64,000 nt of DNA from an uncultured delta proteobacterium (GTDB lineage: Bacteria > Desulfobacterota > Binatia > UBA9968), in contig CAWDPO010000035.1 of NCBI GenBank assembly GCA_963804165.1, forward strand, positions 96,001 through 160,000, read 5' to 3'. Within the stretch, counting starts at the first letter, position 1; the number at the start of each line of letters is the position of its first letter. Shown here in pieces: positions 53,404-63,473 of the stretch. The position numbers and the translations under genes are program-made. The notes under the pieces were generated by a model. That model saw nothing but the letters and a program-made list of their open reading frames with translations, did no database searches and was not told the origin of the DNA.

Positions 53404-53489
53404 CGAGATGCTTCGCTGTGCTCAGCATGACAACCCCGGAGAAGCGTTCTTCTGAGGCGGTCATCCTGAGCCATCGCGAAGGATCTCGT
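53404..53489. repeat. Inverted pair of REP-like elements
   Basis: cgagatgcttcgctgtgctcagcatgaca and gtcatcctgagccatcgcgaaggatctcg. Confidence 0.65.
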
Positions 53490-53537
53490 CATAGCGTAGT
53501 TGGTCGAAGGAATTCGAGAACACTAATCCCCTTAAAG

Positions 53538-54890
53538 ATGACTACGGTTCTAAATTCAGCTATCTTCGGCCCGCTATTTAGCGACGACGAGATCGCAAAA
53601 CTCTTGAGCGACGATGCTTTCGTGCGTGCGCTGGTCGAAGTGGAGATTGCTTTAGCTCGCGCTGAGGCTCGCCTCGGCGTCATCCCAACACATGCGGCCG
53701 AGCAGATTGGCCATGTGCGAGCGAAAAATATTGATGTCGCCGCGCTGGCGACGGGAACTGTGCGTTCAGGATTTCCGATCATCGCCCTGGTTCAGGAGTT
53801 GCGCAAGCAGGTGAGTGTGGAAGCCGCGCCGTACGTTCACTGGGGCGCGACGACGCAAGACATCATAGATAGCGCTTGTGTTTTGCAGCTTCGCGCGGCG
53901 GCTGACTTGTTCAAGGCAAGGCTCGGTGAGATCGCGCGCCATTTGAGCACACTAATCGATCGCCATCGAAATACGATTCTGCCCGGACGGACGCATGGTC
54001 AGCAGGCATTGCCGGTGACCTTCGGTTTGAAAGTCGCGGCTTGGTTGGCGCCAGTTCTGCGTCATTTGCAACGTCTCGAGGAAATCCTGCCGCGCTTGCT
54101 GGTTGTCCAGTTCGGCGGCGCTGCGGGGACGTTGGCAGCGCTGGGCGATAAGGGTTTGGCCGTTGCGGAGGAATTGGCCAAGGAACTTAAATTAGGCGTG
54201 CCGGCGATGCCTTGGCATGCGCAGCGCGATTCATTCGTTGAGTTTGCGGGCTGGCTGAGTCTCGTCACGGGATCGCTCGGCAAGATGGCGCAGGATATTA
54301 TTCTCATGGCGCAGACCGAAGTCGGTGAAATCGGTGAGTCGGCGGAGAAAGGCCGCGGTGGCAGCAGCACGATGCCGCAGAAGGCCAATCCGATCACGAG
54401 CGAGCTTATCGTTGCCGCGGCTCGTACCAATACAGCGCTGCTCTCCGCCATGCACCAAGCGCAGATTCAAGAACACGAGCGCGCGACGCACGGCTGGCAA
54501 GTGGAATGGCTGACGCTACCGCAGATGATCACGCTCACCGGCGCGGCATTGAAGCACGCTCTTTATTTGGCCAAGAACCTGCAGGCCGATACAAGCGCGA
54601 TGCGCGCTAATATCTCGCGCGCAAACGATGTGATTCTCGCCGAGGCGGCGGTGTTTGCGTTGGCGAAAGTGATGCCTCGCCAACAGGCGGAGGAATTGGT
54701 CAAGAAAGCCTGCGCCGCGGCCGTGGCCGAAAACACACCGCTGATCGGCGTCGTGGAAAGATTGGCGGTCGATTCGGTTACGAAAGGCGAGGTCGATTGG
54801 CAGGCGCTGGCTAGGCCGGAAAACTACTTAGGTGTGACCGATGAAATTATAAACCAAGTGCTCACACGGGCGGAAAAGTTTTTGCGCTGA
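53538..54890 (+). CDS. pcaB: 3-carboxy-cis,cis-muconate cycloisomerase
   Basis: HWGATTQD, GRTHGQQA, QFGGAAGTL, GGSSTMPQKANP; cluster context. Confidence 0.88.
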   Translation: MTTVLNSAIFGPLFSDDEIAKLLSDDAFVRALVEVEIALARAEARLGVIPTHAAEQIGHVRAKNIDVAALATGTVRSGFPIIALVQELRKQVSVEAAPYVHWGATTQDIIDSACVLQLRAAADLFKARLGEIARHLSTLIDRHRNTILPGRTHGQQALPVTFGLKVAAWLAPVLRHLQRLEEILPRLLVVQFGGAAGTLAALGDKGLAVAEELAKELKLGVPAMPWHAQRDSFVEFAGWLSLVTGSLGKMAQDIILMAQTEVGEIGESAEKGRGGSSTMPQKANPITSELIVAAARTNTALLSAMHQAQIQEHERATHGWQVEWLTLPQMITLTGAALKHALYLAKNLQADTSAMRANISRANDVILAEAAVFALAKVMPRQQAEELVKKACAAAVAENTPLIGVVERLAVDSVTKGEVDWQALARPENYLGVTDEIINQVLTRAEKFLR

Positions 54891-54911
54891 TGAACAGCTA
54901 ATCTGGACGCT

Positions 54912-55844
54912 ATGAACAAGACAACGAAAGCCGACAAGATTGTTTCCATGCGGGATGCCGTCGCCGACTACGTCACCGACGACTGCTCAGTGGCGATCGA
55001 AGGGTTTACCGGTTTTATTTCGTTTGCCGGCGGCCACGAGATTATCCGCCAGCGGCGCCGCGATTTGACTCTGATCCGCATGACACCGGATTTGATCTAC
55101 GATCAGATGATCGCAGCCGGCACGGCGAGAAAACTGATATTCAGTTATATGGGCAACCCGGGCGTCGGTTCGCTTTATTGTATTCGCCGCGCCGTGGAGA
55201 AAAGTATTCCACTTCCCTTGGAGTTGGAAGAGTATTCCCACTATGGGCTGGTCGGCCGCTACGCAGCAGGCGCCGCACGGATGCCGTTTTTCGCGCTGCG
55301 GAGTTACGTCGGCTCAGACATGCTGACTGCCAACCCGTTAATTAAATTGATCGACGATCCCTATGGCACCGGCAAGATCGCCGTCGTGCCGCCGCTCAAT
55401 CCCGACGTCGCTATCCTTCACGCCCAGCGCGCCGATCGACAAGGGAACACGCAAATCTGGGGTCTCGTCGGCATGCAAAAAGAAGTGGCGTTCGCCGCCA
55501 AGCACGTGATCGTCGTGGTCGAAGAGATCGTCGATGAGTCCGTCGTCCGCGCCGATCCCAACCGGACGTTAATTCCCGGCTTGATCGTCGATGCGGTGGT
55601 ACATGAACCGTATGGCGCACATCCTTCCTATGTCCAGGGCTACTATGACCGCGACAACGAGTCCTATCTCGCCTGGGACAAGCTTTCGCAGGATCACGCG
55701 GCGGTGGTGGCGTGGCTTGCCGAATGGGTCTACGGTCTGGAAAATTTCGGTGCTTACGTACGTAAAATAGGGCAAGCTCATTTTGACCAGCTCAAGCCGG
55801 AGCCATATCCCGCGCCGTCGGTCGATTACGGGAGGTATCGATGA
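54912..55844 (+). CDS. pcaI: 3-oxoadipate CoA-transferase subunit A (glutaconate CoA-transferase type)
   Basis: EIIRQ, MTPDLIYDQMI, GNPGVGSL, HAQRADRQGN, GAHPS..GYYDRD. Confidence 0.85.
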   Translation: MNKTTKADKIVSMRDAVADYVTDDCSVAIEGFTGFISFAGGHEIIRQRRRDLTLIRMTPDLIYDQMIAAGTARKLIFSYMGNPGVGSLYCIRRAVEKSIPLPLELEEYSHYGLVGRYAAGAARMPFFALRSYVGSDMLTANPLIKLIDDPYGTGKIAVVPPLNPDVAILHAQRADRQGNTQIWGLVGMQKEVAFAAKHVIVVVEEIVDESVVRADPNRTLIPGLIVDAVVHEPYGAHPSYVQGYYDRDNESYLAWDKLSQDHAAVVAWLAEWVYGLENFGAYVRKIGQAHFDQLKPEPYPAPSVDYGRYR

Positions 55845-56608
55845 GCGATCCCGGTTATTCAGCTTCGGAGATGATGATCGCAGTGGCGGCGCGCATGTTG
55901 AAAGGCGCGCGCACCGTATTCGTCGGCGTCGGTCTCCCCAACATCGCCTGCAACCTGGCGCGCGTTACCGTCGCCCCGGATATGGAGCTGATCTATGAGT
56001 CCGGCGTTTATGGCGCGCGACCGGAGCGGCTGCCGCTCTCCATCGGCGATCCAACGCTGGTCAGCGGCGCTGTCTCTGTGGTCTCCATGGCGGATCTGTT
56101 CGGGCTATATCTACAAAGGGGCTTGGTCGAAATCGCGCTGCTCGGCGGCGCGCAGATCGATAATCACGGCAATCTCAATTCCACAGTGATCGGTGACTAT
56201 GCTAAACCAAAAACGCGCCTGCCGGGGAGCGGCGGCGCCTGCGAGATCGCCACCAACGCGCAACGGACGTTCATGATCATGCGACTCAAGCGCCGCGCCT
56301 TCGTCGAAAAGCTCGACTTTGTCACCAGCCCCGGCCACTTGACTGGAGGCGACAGCCGCGCCCGTCTCGGCCTTCCCGGCGGTGGACCCGAGATCGTGAT
56401 TACCGACATGGCTATCTTGAATTTCGACAATCCTGAGCGCGAGATGCAGCTGAGCGCGCTTTATCCCGGCGTGTCCGCGAAGCACGTGCAGGACGAAGTC
56501 GGTTGGCCGCTGCGGCTAGCGACAAAGATCGAGGAAGTTTCCGCACCATCGGCAGAAGAGCTGCGCTTGATTCGCGAAGACCTCGATCCCAATGGGATGT
56601 ATCGCTAG
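55841..56608 (+). CDS. pcaJ: 3-oxoadipate CoA-transferase subunit B
   Basis: FVGVGLP, IYESG, LGGAQID..GNLN, RLPGSGGA. Confidence 0.85.
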   Translation: MSDPGYSASEMMIAVAARMLKGARTVFVGVGLPNIACNLARVTVAPDMELIYESGVYGARPERLPLSIGDPTLVSGAVSVVSMADLFGLYLQRGLVEIALLGGAQIDNHGNLNSTVIGDYAKPKTRLPGSGGACEIATNAQRTFMIMRLKRRAFVEKLDFVTSPGHLTGGDSRARLGLPGGGPEIVITDMAILNFDNPEREMQLSALYPGVSAKHVQDEVGWPLRLATKIEEVSAPSAEELRLIREDLDPNGMYR

Positions 56609-56623
56609 CACGGCGACCGACCA

Positions 56624-57160
56624 TCATTTGCTCACGCCGCTATAATAAATTCGCGTCCCATCCGCTCGGGCAAAACCTGGCAGCGAATGCTGGTGGCAGG
56701 TGTCGTCCATGATGTGTTGCACATTCCAGCCGCGCACGAGAAGTGCATCCGCGAGTAACTGCCGATGACAACGCCAGGGAACCGCTTCGGCGCACATGAC
56801 GGCGATCCGGTTTCGGTGCGCAATCGTTTCCATCTCCCTCATGATTTGCTCGAATTCATCCGTCAACATGAAATCCGCGTAGGCGCGAAACGCGGCGACG
56901 CGCCATCCAGTATTCGGCGAGTCGGGCGCAGGTTTGCGAAAGCCGCCGAGGTCGCCACGCCAGAGATAATCGATGCCGCTCGCTTGCAGCGACGCGGCTA
57001 ACGGCTCGCGATTGAAATGCGGATAGCGTCGCGACGCCGGCCAGCGGCGCACGTCGACGAGCATCTCGATTGCGTGAGTCCGCAGCAACTCGATCAAAGC
57101 ATCGATGGTTCTTGTCGAGTGACCGACGGTGTGGACGGTGCGCGGCGAATCGCAGCTCAT
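56624..57160 (-). CDS. DUF488 family protein
   Basis: TVGHSTR, LVDVRRWP.SRR, LGGFR, MCAEAVPWRCHR. Confidence 0.88.
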   Translation of the reverse strand: MSCDSPRTVHTVGHSTRTIDALIELLRTHAIEMLVDVRRWPASRRYPHFNREPLAASLQASGIDYLWRGDLGGFRKPAPDSPNTGWRVAAFRAYADFMLTDEFEQIMREMETIAHRNRIAVMCAEAVPWRCHRQLLADALLVRGWNVQHIMDDTCHQHSLPGFARADGTRIYYSGVSK

Positions 57161-57227
57161 GTGCAGAATTGCTCAAATTCACTTACCGGCGGCTGGATCT
57201 CATCCCCACTGATGCTATCATCGCGCC

Positions 57228-58499
57228 ATGTGGCATTCTATTCCGCTGACACTTTTCTGGTTCGTCTATTTCGGTTCCTTGGGCATCTTCTTTCCTTACT
57301 TCGCTCTTTATCTCAGGGAGAATGCCGGGCTGACCGGCACAGAAGTAGGATTGATTCTAGCGATCTCGCCGTTTATCGGTATGCTCACTCAGCCGTTCTG
57401 GGGACACCTGGCGGACCGCACCGGCGCGCGCAGCCGCATGCTCGCGCTTCTCACCTTGGGCACGGCGTTGGGTTATCTGGGACTCGGGATTGTGGAAGGT
57501 TTTTGGCCGATTGTTCTAGCCACAGCTGTGCTTGCACTGGTGGGGACGGCGATTTTTCCAATCATGACGTCGGTGAGCCTGGCGATTCTCCGCGACGAGG
57601 GCCGCCATGCCTTTGGACGGGTGCGCGTGTGGGGCACGATCGGCTATTTTATTCTCATCCTCGCATTTCCGTGGATGCTCGCCGCTGTTCAACCGTCGTC
57701 GGGAAGCACGTCGGCTGTCAATGTGCAGCCGGGCCTTGGTTTGATGTTTCCCATCACGGCAAGTTTGGTGTTTGGCGCGGCGCTGATCGCTTTTTTGCTG
57801 CCCAGGGGCGGAGCGGTGGCGCTGCGCGCTGCGCGCGGCGATTGGCGCGAGCTCGCACACAACCGCGCGTTTCTAAGGTTCCTGTTGTTCGCCCTCATCG
57901 CTCACTTCCTGATGCATGGGCCGATGTGGTTATTCCCGCTCTTCGTGCGCTCGCGGGGCGGCGATATCGAAACGATCCGCAACATGTGGATTCTCATGTT
58001 GCTGTTCGAGATCCCGCTCGTGCTTTCGACGGGAAGCGGACTGAAGCGGCTCGGCGCCCGCGGGTTGCTCGGCGTCGGCGTCCTGGTCGGTGGCCTGCGC
58101 TGGTTTTTATGCGCCATGATCACCGATGCCACTCTCCTGTTCGCCGTGCAGGCGCTGCACGGCGTGACCGTCGTCGGGCTCAATTTGGGCAGCCCGCTTT
58201 ACCTTGACGTCGTGGCGCCGGAAAAACTGCGCTCCACGGCGCAAGGAATTCTCTCGATGGTGGGCGCCGGCATCGCCGGCATTGCCTCGAACGTCTCGGC
58301 CGGTTGGCTTATGGATCGAGGCGGCATCGATTTGCTTTATCTAATTTGCGGCGTCGGCGCGCTTACCTTGGGTGCGTTCGCATGGTGGATTTTACCCGGC
58401 GTGCAGCGCTCGGCGGGAGAATTGCCACACGTGCCAGTGCCGGGCGATACTTGGCGTAAGTATTGGCGACGTGGGCACTACTATGATCACGGTGCGTGA
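57228..58499 (+). CDS. MFS transporter (HcaT/LacY-like)
   Basis: WGHLADRTG, FGRVRVWGTIG, 12-TM pattern. Confidence 0.88.
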   Translation: MWHSIPLTLFWFVYFGSLGIFFPYFALYLRENAGLTGTEVGLILAISPFIGMLTQPFWGHLADRTGARSRMLALLTLGTALGYLGLGIVEGFWPIVLATAVLALVGTAIFPIMTSVSLAILRDEGRHAFGRVRVWGTIGYFILILAFPWMLAAVQPSSGSTSAVNVQPGLGLMFPITASLVFGAALIAFLLPRGGAVALRAARGDWRELAHNRAFLRFLLFALIAHFLMHGPMWLFPLFVRSRGGDIETIRNMWILMLLFEIPLVLSTGSGLKRLGARGLLGVGVLVGGLRWFLCAMITDATLLFAVQALHGVTVVGLNLGSPLYLDVVAPEKLRSTAQGILSMVGAGIAGIASNVSAGWLMDRGGIDLLYLICGVGALTLGAFAWWILPGVQRSAGELPHVPVPGDTWRKYWRRGHYYDHGA

Positions 58500-59307
58500 C
58501 GCCGACGGGTTCTTCGAGCGCGATAGCAAGATCTGGCAAGTCAACCGCGAGATGATTTTGCTACTTGCCGGTGGGCGGGCGCTGCTGATGCAGCTCGCGC
58601 ATCCCAAAGTTGCCGCCGGCGTCGCGGAGCATAGCCGCTTTCAAGAGGATCCGCTCGCCCGCCTTTACCGCACCATGAGCGCGATGTGGTCGATCGTGTT
58701 CGACGAGCGATCACAAGCGCGCGCGGCGCTTGAGAGGGTCGCCAACGTCCACAAGAGAGTGCATGGCGTGGTTTCCGGCGGTGAGTTGGTATTTGCGCGC
58801 GAGCCCTATGACGCGATGGATCAAGAGTTGCTGCTCTGGGTGCATGCAACGCTGATCGATTCGGCGCTGATCGCCTACCATCTTTTTGTCACGCCCATGG
58901 CCGAGGCTGAGAGATCCGCGTATTACGACGATTCGAAGAAACTTGCTTCCTTGTTCGGCATAAACGACGAAATCGTTCCGTGTTCTCTCGGAGCATTTGA
59001 AGCGTACATGAATCGCATGTTGCTCGGCGCTGCGATGACTTCGGGACCGATGGCAAAACGTCTTGCTCACGATGTCCTCTATCCGCGTCCATGGATCTTC
59101 AAACCCGGCGGACCGTTGTTTCGATTCGTGACGGCCGGGCTGCTGCCGGAAAAAATTCGCGCTGCTTATGATCTAAAATGGAACGCGCGGAATGAAAAGA
59201 TGCTGGCTTTGCTCGCCAGCGCGATTCGCGGATTGCTTCCTGTGATTCCCGCGCCGATACGGATCGTGCCCAACGCGCGTGCGGCTGAAAGGGTAAGCCG
59301 GAGTTAA
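58483..59307 (+). CDS. MpaB/DUF2236 oxygenase-like protein
   Basis: ALLMQLAHPKVAAGVAEHS, RLYRT, LLWVHATL. Confidence 0.85.
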   Translation: MITVRDADGFFERDSKIWQVNREMILLLAGGRALLMQLAHPKVAAGVAEHSRFQEDPLARLYRTMSAMWSIVFDERSQARAALERVANVHKRVHGVVSGGELVFAREPYDAMDQELLLWVHATLIDSALIAYHLFVTPMAEAERSAYYDDSKKLASLFGINDEIVPCSLGAFEAYMNRMLLGAAMTSGPMAKRLAHDVLYPRPWIFKPGGPLFRFVTAGLLPEKIRAAYDLKWNARNEKMLALLASAIRGLLPVIPAPIRIVPNARAAERVSRS

Positions 59308-60260
59308 CGCGGTAAGCCGGTGTCTTCGGCCACGCCGAGCATGAGATTCAAATTCTGGATCGCCACGCCGGCGGCGCCTTTGCCGAGATTGTCGAGCCGG
59401 GCCATCAGCAGGACATGACCGGACTCGTGCGGCAGCACGCGCAGGGAGATTCGATTGGTATCGTTGAGCGCTTGCGGATCGAAGGTAAGTTCGTCTGTCT
59501 CACCGTCTTCCCACAGTGGCTCAACCTCGACGAACGGTTCTTTCTCGTATCGTGCTGACAGAATCTCCCACATGGCTTTACCGCTGCCCGACTTTAGCCG
59601 CGCCTTCGCAGGGATCATGATTTCAACGCGCATACCGCAACGAAACGGTCCGACGTTGGGGAGGAAATACGGTTCTGCGGTGAGCGCTCCACGGCGCATG
59701 ATCTCCGGGATGTGTTTGTGAAACTTGGTGATGCTGTACGGCGCTTCGTGCGGCAAATTGAACAGTTTCCGCTCGGGATCTTCCCAGCGTCCGATCAGCG
59801 ACCGCCCGCCGCCTGAATAGCCGGAGAGAGCGTGAATCGACAGTGGGGTGTCGGGCAGCATCAATCCCGCGTCCACGAGTGGGCGTAACAACAAAATCAC
59901 GGCGGAGGAGTAACAGCCGGGATTCGCCACACGTCGAGCATTCGCAATTTGTTCTCGCTGTCCGGCAATTAGTTCCGGTAAGCCGTAGACCCAGTCATCG
60001 CTCACGCGGTGTGCTGTGCTGGCGTCGAGAATTCGCACCGGTGCATCGGTGAGCCAAGCGGCAGCTTCTTTCGCCGCATCATCGGGCAAGCATAAAAGCA
60101 CGATGCTCGCGTCTTTGAGCGCTTTTTTTCGAGCTTCGGGGTCTTTGCGCAGCTCTTCCGGAAGTGTCACAACTTCGAGATCGTTGCGGCCTTTTAGCCA
60201 GTCGCGGATTCGTAGCGCCGTCGTGCCGGCTTGGCCGTCGATGTAGATTTTGGGCGGCAT
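59304..60260 (-). CDS. argC: N-acetyl-gamma-glutamyl-phosphate reductase (type 2)
   Basis: IDGQAGTT, DASTAHR, NPGCY, SGYSGGG, LDNLGKGAAG. Confidence 0.93.
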   Translation of the reverse strand: MPPKIYIDGQAGTTALRIRDWLKGRNDLEVVTLPEELRKDPEARKKALKDASIVLLCLPDDAAKEAAAWLTDAPVRILDASTAHRVSDDWVYGLPELIAGQREQIANARRVANPGCYSSAVILLLRPLVDAGLMLPDTPLSIHALSGYSGGGRSLIGRWEDPERKLFNLPHEAPYSITKFHKHIPEIMRRGALTAEPYFLPNVGPFRCGMRVEIMIPAKARLKSGSGKAMWEILSARYEKEPFVEVEPLWEDGETDELTFDPQALNDTNRISLRVLPHESGHVLLMARLDNLGKGAAGVAIQNLNLMLGVAEDTGLPR

Positions 60261-60446
60261 CTCAATTGCTTTTTTGTTCCAGTTAACGATGAAGAGTCTA
60301 CGCTGATTTTCGGAGCTTAGCAAAACTACGGCTGTTTGACTTGAAACGATGCGAGGACGTGACATATACCGGAGCCTAAATTAAGGGCAACGCTGCATCT
60401 GAAGGCAGCGAGCTTCATTCGATACCCGGGCAGGGAGGATTCGCAC

Positions 60447-61526
60447 ATGACTAAGGCAGTTCAAATCATCGGCTTGGCTATAATCGCTTTCGTCGCAGGC
60501 TCGATGTCGAGGAGCGGTTTTGCCGCCGAGTTATCAGCGGAGCAACTCTACGCCTCGTTGGCCAAATTGTCCGCGGACCAACGAGATAAGCGTTTGGAAG
60601 AGGGCGCGCGCAAAGAGGGCAAGCTCAATTTTGTGCACACCTGGCGCGGCAAGAACGCTAGAGATCACGCCAGACTTTTCGAAAAACGCTATCCCTTCAT
60701 CAAACTCGACATGGGCGACCTGGGTTCGCAGGATGCAGCTGAACGCTTCATTGCCGAGGAGACCGCCGGCCGCCACCTAACGGATATTCTCACGTTGGGT
60801 GTGCCTGACATGGCCGTCATCCTGAAGCAAAATCTAGTTGCCAAGTACCCCACGCCGGCGACCAAAAAAATTTTGAAGCAGTACCACGGCTTCATCGACA
60901 AAGAAAATCGCTGGGTGCCGTGGTATTGGGCCGAGCACGGCATTTCCTACAACACGAACTTGATCAAGCCGGACAGGGCGCCTAAGACCTGGTTCGATCT
61001 CTGCAAACCGGAGTTTAAAGGTCAAGCCTCTTTTGACCCATCGGAGACCCGATTCTTGGCGGGCCTCTATGTCATGATGGGCGAAGAGAAGACCAAAGAG
61101 TGGCTGAAGTGCATGGGGCAGAACCAGCCGATCGTTCAAACCGGCCACACCCAGCGCATGGAGCTCATGCTCACCGGCGACCACGCGTTGCAGGGCGACA
61201 ATTATTTTTACACCGGCATGGAAGCCAAGAAAAAAGATCCCAAGGCACCTTTCGCCATGGTACTGACGGCGCCGATCCTTTCGTTCGCCGGCGGCATGAT
61301 CATCAACAAGAACACGCAGAATCCCTACGCGTCGGCTTTGTTCGTCGACTGGACGCTGTCGCAGGACAGCCAAAATATGATCAATGGAATATTGCGCGGG
61401 CCGCTGGCGATCAAACATCCGTTTCTTCCCGATGATGTGAAGCTGGTGACCTACAATATCGTGAGCGACGATATCACCAAACGGCTGCACGACGCCTGGG
61501 GCCAATATATCGGCCGGGGGAAATAA
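60447..61526 (+). CDS. ABC solute-binding protein (Fe3+/thiamine/polyamine family)
   Basis: Signal peptide; GARKEGKL, FEKRYP, YNTNL, PKTWFDL. Confidence 0.85.
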   Translation: MTKAVQIIGLAIIAFVAGSMSRSGFAAELSAEQLYASLAKLSADQRDKRLEEGARKEGKLNFVHTWRGKNARDHARLFEKRYPFIKLDMGDLGSQDAAERFIAEETAGRHLTDILTLGVPDMAVILKQNLVAKYPTPATKKILKQYHGFIDKENRWVPWYWAEHGISYNTNLIKPDRAPKTWFDLCKPEFKGQASFDPSETRFLAGLYVMMGEEKTKEWLKCMGQNQPIVQTGHTQRMELMLTGDHALQGDNYFYTGMEAKKKDPKAPFAMVLTAPILSFAGGMIINKNTQNPYASALFVDWTLSQDSQNMINGILRGPLAIKHPFLPDDVKLVTYNIVSDDITKRLHDAWGQYIGRGK

Positions 61527-61547
61527 ACGCCGGGCGCATTTCCGATC

Positions 61548-63293
61548 ATGACGACGAACACGCTCCGGTGGGGATCCGGCGTCCGGCCGCCGTTATTGAG
61601 CGGCGGCAGCCTGGTTCTCATCGGCTTGGTGCTCATCCTGGTTTACCAGGTCCTCCTTCCGCTCATACTTATTGTTTGGACCAGCCTGAAAACGATCCGG
61701 CCCGGCGCTCCCGGATTCTTGGATCTGAGCTTTACGCTCTCCAATTATGCCAGGGCATACGGCATCAGAGAATTCTGGGAATCGAGCCTCAACACATTTT
61801 ATTTTGCCTCGGCAACGACGCTCTGTTCGTTTGTTTGCGGAACATTTCTCGCTTGGACCGTCGAGCGGACCAATACGCCGTTGGCGCGACTGATCGGGAC
61901 CATCACGGTGGGCCGTATCATCATACCTGGGGTGATGATCACGATTTCCTGGATTTTGATGGCGAGCCCGAGCATTGGCGTGCTGAATCATCTAATTAAT
62001 TCGCTGACCGGCATTCCGAGATTTTTTAATGTCTATTCTTTCTGGGGGATGGTTTGGGTGCAGTCCCTGGAAATGACCCCGCTGGCATACCTGTTGATGT
62101 CGGCGGCGATGCAATCGATCGATCCACGCCTGGAAGAAGCTTCGTCCATCGCCGGTGCGGGTACCTGGCCGACGTTTCGCCGCGTCACATTACCGCTGCT
62201 CCTGCCGGCGGCGGCCGCCGCAGCTTTGCTGTTGTTTATCCAAACCGTAGAAAGCTTTGAAGTGCCGCTTTTGCTCGGCGGGCGCGCGCGCGTCGCGGTC
62301 TACACGACGGAAGTCTATTTCAATACCTCACGCATGCCGACCGACTGGGGACTGTCGAGCACATACTCGATGATGCTGCTCTTGCTTGCCATGGTTCTGC
62401 TCTTCGTCTATTTCAGGCTGGTCCGTCACGGCGAGCGCTATCAGACCATTACCGGCAAGGACTACCGGCCTCGCCGTATCGATCTCGGATGGTGGAAGTA
62501 TCCTGCCTGCGCGCTAAGTTTATTACTCGTGTTTCTTATCACCGGCCTGCCTTTTCTTACGATGCTCTACGCGTCTTTGCTACCGCGCTTTCAGCCGCCG
62601 ACCGCCGAGACGCTGCAAGCCCTAACATTTTCAAACTACGCCAATCTGCTCGCCGACGATGGCTATGCTTTGAAACCGCTGTGGAACAGCACATTGCTCG
62701 GTGTCAGCACTGCGTCCATCATCATGCTTCTCGTTGCAGCGATCAGCTACTTCGTTCATAAGACCCGGCTCGGCGGCCGGAAAATTCTCGACTTCCTCGG
62801 TTTCGCGCCGATCGCGCTGCCGAGCGTCGTGCTCGGCTCGGCATTCATGTGGCTGTATCTTCTTGTGCCCCTGCCGGTCATCGGCACCCTGAGCATCATC
62901 GGCCTCGCTTATCTGACACGATATCTGCCGTTCGCCTTGCGTTTCGTTTCGACGTCGATGGTGCAGATTCACACTGAGTTGGAAGAGGCGGCGGCGGTGG
63001 CGGGCGGTGGGTGGTGGAGAAATTTCTATCACATTTACCTTCCGCTGCTCCGCCCGGGCCTCATGGCGGGCTGGTTTTGGGTGATGGTGCATGCCTACCG
63101 GGAACTCACGATCTCGCTGATGCTGGCGCGCTCGAACAATCGCACCGCTTCGGTGATTATCTTCGATCTCTGGTCGAACGGTTCCTTTCCGCTGCTGAGT
63201 GCGTTCGGCGTCCTCATGTTCACGATCTTGATTGTCCTCGTCTCCATCGCGCAGAAAATCAGCGCGCGATATGGGATTCAGGAGCGGGTGTAA
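61548..63293 (+). CDS. ABC permease, two-domain FbpB-like
   Basis: Two EAA motifs (LEEASSIAGA, LEEAAAVAGG). Confidence 0.9.
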   Translation: MTTNTLRWGSGVRPPLLSGGSLVLIGLVLILVYQVLLPLILIVWTSLKTIRPGAPGFLDLSFTLSNYARAYGIREFWESSLNTFYFASATTLCSFVCGTFLAWTVERTNTPLARLIGTITVGRIIIPGVMITISWILMASPSIGVLNHLINSLTGIPRFFNVYSFWGMVWVQSLEMTPLAYLLMSAAMQSIDPRLEEASSIAGAGTWPTFRRVTLPLLLPAAAAAALLLFIQTVESFEVPLLLGGRARVAVYTTEVYFNTSRMPTDWGLSSTYSMMLLLLAMVLLFVYFRLVRHGERYQTITGKDYRPRRIDLGWWKYPACALSLLLVFLITGLPFLTMLYASLLPRFQPPTAETLQALTFSNYANLLADDGYALKPLWNSTLLGVSTASIIMLLVAAISYFVHKTRLGGRKILDFLGFAPIALPSVVLGSAFMWLYLLVPLPVIGTLSIIGLAYLTRYLPFALRFVSTSMVQIHTELEEAAAVAGGGWWRNFYHIYLPLLRPGLMAGWFWVMVHAYRELTISLMLARSNNRTASVIIFDLWSNGSFPLLSAFGVLMFTILIVLVSIAQKISARYGIQERV

Positions 63294-63426
63294 GGTCGCC
63301 GACCTTTAAAATCGTACAAGAATCTGTACATACCCGTAGGAAAATTCCTTCGACAGATTGTTTCAGAGGTGTCTGAATCCTCGAAATAGAGCCTTAAATC
63401 GAGGGTTTTTAAGCTTGTTATCTGCT

Positions 63427-63442
63427 TGGCATTGGCGTTGCC
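63427..63442 (+). promoter_or_regulatory. Sigma-54 -24/-12 promoter candidate
   Basis: TGGCAT-TGGCG-TTGCC upstream of the GGAGGT RBS of the USP gene. Confidence 0.55.
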
Positions 63443-63473
63443 TCCTTAGAGAAAGTAGAGGGAGGTGAACGTT

